Shown here: in pieces, positions 54,934 through 64,000 of the stretch
How the letters are laid out: the number at the start of each line of letters is the position of its first letter
Position numbering within the stretch: position 1 is the stretch's first letter
DNA from: Eledone cirrhosa
Taxonomy: Eukaryota
Assembly: GCA_964016885.1 (NCBI GenBank)
Contig: OZ024740.1
Location: forward strand, 190,216,001 to 190,280,000
Reading direction: 5' to 3'
Length of the DNA stretch: 64,000 nt
The notes under the pieces: model-generated
Database searches by the model: none
What the model saw: the letters and a program-made list of their open reading frames with translations, nothing else
Told to the model about the DNA's origin: nothing
Translations under genes and position numbers: made by a program

Positions 54934-56934
54934 ATTGTTAGTAACTACAGACTTTCCTACTTCCTCTCCCTGATCATACGCCCCATCATTGAAATGTCCC
55001 CAGATAGATGTAACAGCACGGAGGACCTCCTCAGCAGAATCAGCGAAAGTAACCGATGTAGGAACATAACGCACTGCATAATAGGTAGTATGGATGTTGT
55101 GTCACTATATCCATCCATTAACGTGGATTTTGCTGTGGAAAAATGCGTAGAAATGATAAGTGAGAGCAATGTTGAATTCCATGGGATTGATACCTGTGAG
55201 CTGGGACTCCTACTTAAACGTACCTATAGTAATGATTATCTAGATACATATGACCTTAGCAACCTGTGCCCTACAAGACCAGCAAGAGGCAGACCACCTA
55301 CCATTACCTCAATGGCCAAGAAAACCCACACGAATAGATGGAACGGGTGGACTGGAACCATTCGGACCCCGAAAACCACGATGAACTAAAGAAAATGATT
55401 GCACATGCGGTGGGGGCCAGTATAAAATCAACCATTAAGGAACATATGTTCAAATTTAATGGAAAAACATATGCCCAAGAGGAGGGAGCAGCCATTGGTG
55501 TTAGCATTGCAGGTGACATAGCTAACCTATTCATGGTATGGTGGGACAATAGAATTAAACTTAAACTTAAAGAACAATTAAAAGACAGCAACCTCTTAAC
55601 CCTGATAATGAACTCCCGCTACGTTGATGATATAAACATCGTAGTAAAAACACCTCCACTAGAGAACAGTCAGGAATTAGAGAAAAACACCATGGAAAGC
55701 ATCCAGCAAATAGTTAACTCCATCCACCAGAGTATTAGAGTTACTATAGACTACCCAAGAAAACACCCCAACCATCGATTACCTGTACTAGACACAGAGC
55801 CCTGGTTAGAAACCATTAATAACAACAAACAAATCCTCCATTCCCATTATGCCAAACCAATGACTTCCAAATATCTGATCCACCGAGACTCAGCTGTTTC
55901 GGACCACACCAAAATCAACATACTGATTGCGGATTTGTTATGGGTGATGATAAACGTGTCTCGCAAAGAACTAGAGAGACACATACAGCACTTCATCCAC
56001 CGTATGCAGTTCTCTAGTTACAATCAGAGAGATACAATCAGAGTATATAGAGGAGCCATTACCAAATGGGAAAAAATGGGAAATAATGATACAAATGGGA
56101 CCTGCCCCTTGTATAGAAGCAAATTTTGGAATAGAATAGAAAGAACTAGGAATAAGTTTAATAGAATAAACTTATGGTACGGTAGCAATAAATACCAGAG
56201 TGTAATGTTCATCAATAAAACCCCTAGAGGTGAATTAACTTACAAATTTAGAAGGGGCCTAGATAAACATAAACTCAATATTCAGATAGTAGAAAGACTA
56301 TGTACTTCCATAAAAACACTTATTAGCAAGACATACCTTTTCAAAGACCTCCCTGTATAGATAAGACATGTATAATCTGTAAACTAAGTCCCCATATTAA
56401 CTGTACAACTAGAAATATAGTATATAGCATAATATGTACTTAAGGACAATGTAGAGATAAGAATATAGTGTACATAGGTGAGACCGCTTGTAGTATAGGG
56501 GAACGGATAATGAAAACTGGCGAGAGCTTCAAGATGGTAAATAATCATCTGTACTCCACCATCATGCTAAAATATAACATAAGAGTAAATTAGAGAACAT
56601 AGAAATAAAAATAGAATCTACACACAGAAAAGACGCAATGTTTAGACAAATCACAGAGGCAATACACATAAATGAACTCCAACCAAAATTAAATAGAAAA
56701 CATGAATGGAATAGCAACATCACAACTTACAATTAAGGACATAATTAAAACACACACACACATAGAACAAACAACCAACCAGTAACATGTAAATAAACAA
56801 ATAAATAAACAAATATAACACACACAGACACCCGGATGTAACACATGCGCAAACTAAGCACACAACACACACAAAAACAAGATGGGTTAGGACAGAACAA
56901 AGGAGAGGAAAAACAACAAAGAAAAGAACCCCCA

Positions 56935-56977
56935 GTCACTGAAGAGGTCACCGAATGTGTGACCAAAGAACTTTGAC
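56935..56977 (+). ncRNA. Minimal hammerhead (G12->C) in 3' pLTR
   Basis: gtca CTGAAGA ggtcac cgaatgt gtgac cAAAG aa CT T tgac; intact copy at 27784. Confidence 0.6.
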
Positions 56978-57149
56978 AATATATGAACAATCGTCTGGTT
57001 GTGGAACCAACCAACCAACCGGAACTTTATAAATTCTTAAATTTATAAATTTAATTTACAATAAATTGGAGTGATCAGCTGGTGCGTGTGTTTCTTATTG
57101 GCAACATGACCCTCCCAAATATATATTTATGACCCTCCCTATATATATA

Positions 57150-57314
57150 TTTATTAAAATAACAGATTAAAGTTCAAGCAAAGAATCGGTGCTTTCACCC
57201 TTAACGGGATTTTCTGAAACTTAAAAAATATTTGCTATAGGGTTCTTATATATTTGATATATATTTATCCTTATCTCGCCTTCTTTGAATTTTAGTCTTA
57301 AAATTTATTATTAT

Positions 57315-57320
<6 letters not shown>
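57150..57320. mobile_element. 170-bp insertion of the 20137-21012 family with an inverted A4 hammerhead (57171-57221, minus)
   Basis: 57150-57222 matches 20226-20297; 57226-57320 is the reverse complement of 20136-20228. Confidence 0.75.
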
Positions 57321-57345
<25 letters not shown>

Positions 57346-58351
57346 CGGAAAAAGAGTCAGGAATTCGATATTTTGAAATATATCCTTTTTCGTGATACTT
57401 TGCTAAAAACACTCATGAGGTCTCTAATAATATTTTCTTCCTAATTGACTATATAGATAATAGCTAAATACATATATAAAAGAAATTCTCATCTTTGAAA
57501 ACATGTAATATAATATACCTTATAATCATACATAAAATAATATGTAACATTTTCTCCACATACATTTTAAGTAAATTATAAAATAAATGAAAACTCTAAC
57601 GTAAATAGTGTAACTAATAAACATTGGAGTTATCTTTTCCCTTTCTTTTTTCCTTTTCCTTTATAATCTAGCACCCATAAAACACCCTCTCGTCTTAACA
57701 ACATAGATACTAAAGTCTCTATAATTTTCGTTAAATTAATGTTTTCTATCTTGATTGAACTATTTGAAGGTACAAGAGGTTCTTATCTAAAAACATTCGA
57801 ACTACGCCTTTTCTTAACTATATATTGAATATGTAAACACTTAATTTATATTTGTATTAATAACAGCATGTATAATCACCAATAATATTTATATTTTTAT
57901 CTATTTATATAAATATGTATATAATTGACTGGTTGTAATATAAGCTAAAGTGTACTTACAACCTTAATTCCTCATAAAATCTAATTATATACATTATATA
58001 TATAATATTACAACTCATGATTTGGTTATATATTTTAACATTTTTGGATTAGTATTCTACCACTTCAACACATTTTTAATTTTTTATTTTTAAATCTACT
58101 TGCACCCTATTAATAATATTAGGCTATCTTTCTTCCTTCTTCTTCATCTTCTTCTTTTATAAAGTATCCTAATAATTATTTAAATTTACTTAGCGTCTAA
58201 ATATAAAAATTTGTTCAATCTACGCTTCTAATTATTTGCATATCCATACTAAAGGTTTGAAATGTTTCTATTTTCTTTCACTATCGAAATGGAACCTGAA
58301 TCGATATGGTCTTGTTTATCGGGTACGTCACTATTTATAAAACAAATTTTG

Positions 58352-58415
58352 TATTTTATCTGATGAGAGCGTACCAAAGTTTTTTTGGTACCCTTGAAAT
58401 ATATATAATAAAATA
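58352..58415 (+). ncRNA. Type I hammerhead ribozyme, canonical core, in an AT-rich pLTR-like segment (~57345-58545)
   Basis: tattttat CTGATGA gag c gtacc aaag..ttt ggtac c ctt GAAA TATATA T A ataaaata. Confidence 0.8.
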
Positions 58416-58545
58416 AATATGAGTTTATAAATATAGATTCCGTTTATTAATATCATTGATATTATTCTCCAGGAAACCTGGAGTGCTTCGAATCTGTTAT
58501 AATAAATAAATTTGTTGAATTACCAGCAACTTAAATATCTATTTG

Positions 58546-58635
<90 letters not shown>

Positions 58636-59660
58636 ATACTAGATGCAGTACCCCATAATACCTGGGAAATGTGGGGTTATTCGCAGTTTCCAGAGTGCAC
58701 TCAAAAAGCTTGTGACACTGGGTGCCCGTACTGGATTTTTAATAGCAGGCTTTGCTAGGTATGTTTATGGCAGATCAATGTTTTGTGTGGAACTATCAAT
58801 AGCTGTTTAAGTCATAATTACTTTTTCCATCCAGCTTTCTTCATTTAGAGTGAATAAGCCGGGGAAGCAATTCAATAAAACCACCCCCGCTTCCCTTATA
58901 GTAGACATAGCCCGAGAAAAACTACCGTAATAAGTCGGATAAATATTTGAAGTGTTGGCGCTAGAGAGGGCCTTGTAAGGTTCGCTGTTGCAATGAAGGA
59001 GAAGTTATATCTTAATTCTTGTTAATCTACCCACGATCCGACACCTCGAAATATTGACAAAATAATCCGTACTCTCAAAAATGGCATGTTGCAAATAACA
59101 TGCCGGGAGTACGAATATTCGTCAACATATGATTTGTTTATCTTATTCTCCAGAATGCTCTCATGGTAAGCCAACTTCCAGATCATTGATCATGACACGT
59201 TTTTGTAACTTATCACCGAATCCTGCCGTTGACCTTAATGTGACTTAAGCGTGTACACGTGTTTAGCATCCATATCATTGGATGTGATATATATATATAT
59301 ATATATATAAAATATTAAAAAAATTATCTTGACTCTGTATTCCGTTTATCTTTCACCGAAAGTGATTTTTCATTGCATCTCTTCTTACCATGGTATCCGG
59401 ATTACATTGAGTTCTTCATACGGATTGGACACTACCGTAAACTTTTGGTAGATGTATCTACATATATATATATATATAGTTATGGAAGCAGAACATTGCT
59501 TTTTGTGATCCAGTTCGTGGTTAAGAAAGCCAGTTTCATGGATGGTTTCAACGTACGGTTAGGGGTAACCCACAAGTTTGTAAGAATTCCGTTCAATCTT
59601 GGAGTATAAAGTATAAAAGAGAAAAAACAGGTAAGCATTAAGAGAAGGACTTTATCCAGG

Positions 59661-59762
59661 TATTTACGACCGTTTCATTGGTAAGTGCAACCTTATATTG
59701 CTATACTGCAAATAGCAGCCACTCAATTATAATTGTTGTTCACAGTCCAAATTTTCAAAATA
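59661..59762 (-). ncRNA. Hammerhead ribozyme, U3-A8 core, long stem II
   Basis: tatt TTGAAAA t ttgg...ccaa t GAAAC GGTC GT A aata. Confidence 0.6.
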
Positions 59763-61909
59763 GTGAGTAAGTTACTCTTGAAATAATTCTTAATATATAG
59801 AGAAAGACATTTATATCCCCCAACCCCTTGGATAAAGCCTTAGCATTCGCCAAAGCCGATTCTGACATAACAGACGACGAGATAAAAATCATATTAGCTG
59901 GTAGGAAAACAATAATTAAATTTGAAAACACCTTTTGGGAATGTGAGGATAGATTAAATAACTTTGACATCACGATGGTGGCTAACGACTCGGCTCAAGT
60001 CACAGATTTAGTAGGTATTTACACAGCCCATAGTTTACAAAGTGAGTTTAGCGACCTTCACGGTGGAATCTACAGATACGACGCCCTTCTCCTAGTTAAG
60101 AACCTAAATAACCAGAGCATAGAAAGACTCCGTAAGAATATTAGAAAGACTCTCGGGGAACTAGGCCGTAGCATAACGTATGAGTATAGCACTAAAACAG
60201 TTAACTTTCTAGACGCGACGCTTAACCTAAATACGGGACTTATAAAACCTTTTTACAAGATTAATAAAAACAGCATACATCAACTGTAACTCAAACCACC
60301 CACTATCCATCATAAATCCATTCCACGCAGCATATCCCTTAGGATATCCCGCCTCTCGTCTTACCGACACATTTTCGAAGAACATGCAGAATATTACAAT
60401 ACCGCATTAGACATGGCAGGCCACTTCGATAGAGAAGAATATATGGATGAAAGCCTCCATAAAGCGCACACGAACACGCATAACACAAACTCCAGAAATA
60501 CACGCACACACGCACTTACGCATAGAACTACAAAATATACGGTAAATAGAAATACAACATCGAAATCAAACAATTCACGCAGTAGAAAATATATTTGGAA
60601 TAACCCCATATTTAACACCTCTATTAGTACCAACCTACCCTCTACCTTCTTTCACATAGATACAGCAAAATCCTTAAAACTAAATATATTAGACTACGGC
60701 ACCAAATATAGAGCCACACATTAAGTTGCTTAACGCTAAAAAGATACATAACAAAACCAGAACACAAATGTACAACAATAACGATACAATCACCATTGAA
60801 CACAACATAATATCTAATAAAGAACTACCGACTAATAGGCAAACAAATCGTAACACACTTGTACAGGTATCGCAGCCCACTAATAATGCCAAAGTTGTCC
60901 ATGACAAGAATTGTAACTGCCACCTACCTGAAACCTGTCCATTACATAATGAATATATGCAGTCTAACCTGGTTTACCAATGCACAGTAGAATCAGACAA
61001 CCAGAAATGGTATTACATCGGAGCGACTGGGAATACATTTAAAGCCCGTTGGTATACACACCATTACGCAATGAAACATTCCCAGCATCGTTATGTAACT
61101 ACCCTTGCAAACAAGACCTGAAAACTGAGGGAAAGTAAACATCAAATCACCCTGAAGTGGAAAATATTATCGAACGCGCCCCCATATCGGAATGGTATGA
61201 GAAGCTGTCGATTATGCCACCTTGAGATGTTCCACATCTTGAGTTCGAAGAATAAGTTACTCAACAATAAAATCGAAAGATCAATTTATTGTAACCATAG
61301 ACTCAAAGAGATGTTTTCGCACTCCAAGTGCAAATCGAACCCTTATCCTCCTACTACCAACTGACAAACTGCATATACTTAGACTTTATACCCTCTTGTG
61401 GTATCTAAACACTTTTAATTACCCACAATAACCAATACCTATATCCCCCCTTCTCCTTCATTCCTCTTCTATTTCTTCGTTTTCTTCCTACCCTCCTTCC
61501 CCTTTTTGGCTATCTTTTCTTTTCTTCTTTCTCCCCCTCATTTGATATTATTGTTGTCATTATTATCTTTATCTTCATTTTATATTTATATATTTTTCTC
61601 TTTATATCTCCCTCCACTCTCTCACTCTATCCATCCCTCCCACTCTGATCAATTTAATTCTTTTAACTCACTACATACCACGACATGAAGTCTACTTACA
61701 AAAACTGATCAAGGAATCCTTCAACCTCTACCCCTCCCTCCTTTTCAGTTTGTCACTCTACTTCCTAATACTGCCCCCTTCCTCTCGCTCTATACTATTC
61801 TGTCTGTCCCCTCACCTTCTGATTCCTCTCTCACTATACTAGTAAATACAATTCTGAATAAATATTTTTCTCTATATATTAAGAATTATTTCAAGAGTAA
61901 CTTACTCAC

Positions 61910-62003
61910 TATTTTGAACATTTGAACTGTGAACAACAATTATAATTGAGTGGCTGCTATTTGCAATATAAGGTTGCACTTACCAATGAAACGGTCGTAA
62001 ATA
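61910..62003 (+). ncRNA. Mutated copy of the same hammerhead (TTGAACA)
   Basis: Inverted partner of 59661-59762. Confidence 0.5.
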
Positions 62004-62050
62004 CCTGGATAAAATCCTTCTCTTAATACTTACCTGTGTTTTCTCTTTTA

Positions 62051-62119
<69 letters not shown>

Positions 62120-62121
<2 letters not shown>

Positions 62122-62382
62122 GAAAAAAAAGATGAAATCGAAAATGCAACTGGACTGTCATTTAAAAAAATATATATATATATTTGGTTCCTTTACCGGT
62201 TTCGCAGTTCTTCTGCTTTTCAGAAGTAGAGTTGAGATGGAGAGAAAAACTACAGACCTTCCATCTCAACTCTACTTTTGAAAAAAGAAGAACTGCGAAA
62301 CCGGTAAAGGAACCGAATATATTTATATATATATATTTTTAAATAAGACTCCAGTTGCATTTTCGATTTCATCTTTTTTTCT
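62120..62382. mobile_element. Mini fold-back element with two hammerheads (62191-62226 minus; 62275-62309 plus)
   Basis: Minus strand: ctt CTGAAAA gcag aagaa ctgc GAAAC CG GT A aag. The plus copy has TTGAAAA with a damaged stem II. Confidence 0.75.
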
Positions 62383-62453
62383 TTATACTTTCACTCGTGT
62401 AACACGTCGGTTATATTTAATTTTGTAAAAATAACCTCATTTTCTAATATATA

Positions 62454-62485
<32 letters not shown>

Positions 62486-62491
<6 letters not shown>

Positions 62492-63198
62492 ATGTCGAAA
62501 AGGTAACACACCAGAGAGAGATATACAGTGCGCTATCAATAAAACAGGGAAAAAACCACCAATGTACGGAATCTATAACCTATGAAAGGCAGACTATAGA
62601 TACGATAATTAAAAATATAAATTAAAGCGTAAATAAATACCTCTATAACTATATAACACACGTAAAAATCCAAAGAGATGTTTCGCCAGTAATTTGTTGA
62701 CAGAAATGGAATAACCTCGGTTCATCAGCGTGCGTAAGGCTATACATTTCAGACAACACTAAAAGATTTTGAAAGTGACTGTCCAGCTACACGTGGGAGA
62801 AAGAAGTCACAGCGTGTTTAAGCGCAGTGATCCAGTGGCCTCTGAGGGACGAACTGCTAGAAATGGCAGCCCAAAACCACTCAGAGAAGTGTGCTCAACC
62901 AAACAGAGTGATAGGAAAGACTGTTATAAGGACCGAAATATCACGATAAATTAACGGAGCCATAGGCCCTCGCCATTCCCTGTACATAATGTGCTCAAAA
63001 GAGAAGAAATCCTGAGCTCTTTAAAATACAATATGTTGAAAAGGTAACACACCAGAGAGAGATATACAGTGCTCTATCAATAAAACAGGGAAAACACCAC
63101 CAGTGTATGGAATCTATAACCTATGAATGGCAAACTATAGAAACGATAATTAAAAATATAAATTAAAGCGTAAATAAATACCTCTACAACTATATAAC
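62486..63198 (-). mobile_element. ~540-bp unit with ~172-bp direct repeats and a degenerate HHR (62676-62730)
   Basis: 62486-62657 matches 63026-63198. Minus strand: CTGATGA accg...ctggc GAAAC AT cT C. Confidence 0.65.
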
Positions 63199-63346
<148 letters not shown>

Positions 63347-63578
63347 GCAAAAGTTCTATTTAATATTGTTGGGGTACAACAAGTAAATATGTTTATAACT
63401 GATATAAAACACTCGACAAATTTTTGGAGTAGATATACGATATTAATAAATGGAAACTATGTTTATAAAACCATATTTATTTCATTATACATATTTCAGG
63501 GATACCACATTAACTCCAAACGTAATAGCTGTATTTTAAAGGGTACGTCAAACCTATTTGTAAAACTGTTATATATTG

Positions 63579-63643
63579 TATTTTGTCTGATGAAGGCATA
63601 CCATAATTTAATGTGGTATCCCTGAAATATGTATAATGAAATA
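63579..63643 (+). ncRNA. Type I hammerhead ribozyme in fold-back element 63345-63685
   Basis: tattttgt CTGATGA agg catacc..ggtat c cct GAAA TATGTA T A atgaaata. Confidence 0.75.
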
Positions 63644-63683
63644 AATATGGTTTTATAAATATAGTTTCCATTTATTAATATCG

Positions 63684-63751
<68 letters not shown>

Positions 63752-63776
63752 CATACATATTTTGCAAGAAGTATGA

Positions 63777-63870
63777 CCCCGACAGCAGAGCTCAAGCTGT
63801 TTCGACGGCTTTTTCTAGACTAAATTAGAATCTTTAGCCTGGTGAATAAACAGCCGAACTTCTCAAGAGG
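63777..63870 (-). ncRNA. Hammerhead ribozyme, U3-A8 core, in a pLTR of the 15895-18972 family (continues past the window end)
   Basis: cctc TTGAGAA gttcggct...agccgtc GAAAC agc ttgagctct gct GTC gggg. Confidence 0.7.
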
Positions 63871-64000
63871 GTACTTCCTTATATGGGAAGATTGTAGTTG
63901 TCAAGAGGATTGGTTAAAATTTGTTCTACACACAAATGAGTCTATCATGGCATTTGGTGGAGGTTGGGGTGGCTGAACTTGCCTGTAGAACAATAGAGGA

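Larger units (their letters stand above)
54165..57120 (+). mobile_element. Penelope-like element (Neptune-like), decayed RT + GIY-YIG, inverted 5' pLTR piece
   Basis: RT with SMDVVSLYPSI, YAQEEGAAIG, RYVDDI, LPVLD, HYAKPM; EN ~56360-56720 (NIVYSIIC..C..VYIGET). About 54170-54345 is inverted against 56945-57117. Confidence 0.9.
59607..62053 (+). mobile_element. Penelope-like element (Naiad-like), 5'-truncated RT + GIY-YIG with inverted pLTR
   Basis: RT 59828-60289 (FDITM..DSAQV, GIYRYDAL, VNFLDATLNL); EN 60905-61340 (CNC..ETCPL, LVYQC, YYIGATG, CRLC). 59607-59806 is inverted against 61868-62053. Confidence 0.9.

Noticed and set aside
58633-59280. Possible CR1/L2-type LINE 3' remnant (minus)
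   Set aside because: Only faint similarity by eye; needs a profile search.

Overview
AT-rich eukaryotic intergenic or intronic DNA full of (TA)n, (CA)n and (CTA)n microsatellites. It resembles an octopus/cephalopod genome, which is an inference from repeat content. I could not support any host gene; most ORFs in the track are microsatellite artefacts. The window is dominated by decayed retroelements: at least five Penelope-like elements (PLEs; RT + GIY-YIG) of Naiad-like and Neptune-like types with inverted pseudo-LTRs, a near full-length L1/Tx1-type LINE inserted in (AAT)n, R4/Dong and RTE fragments, and tRNA-derived SINEs. The main hidden signal is about 28 type-I hammerhead ribozyme (HHR) motifs, read by eye, from roughly a dozen sequence families. 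Many sit in short non-coding fold-back or tandem elements inserted into (TA)n, often with one HHR on each strand. Several families carry non-canonical cores: a compensatory U3-A8 pair, A4, or a mismatched 10.1-11.1 pair. In one element the inversion breakpoint falls on the predicted cleavage site.
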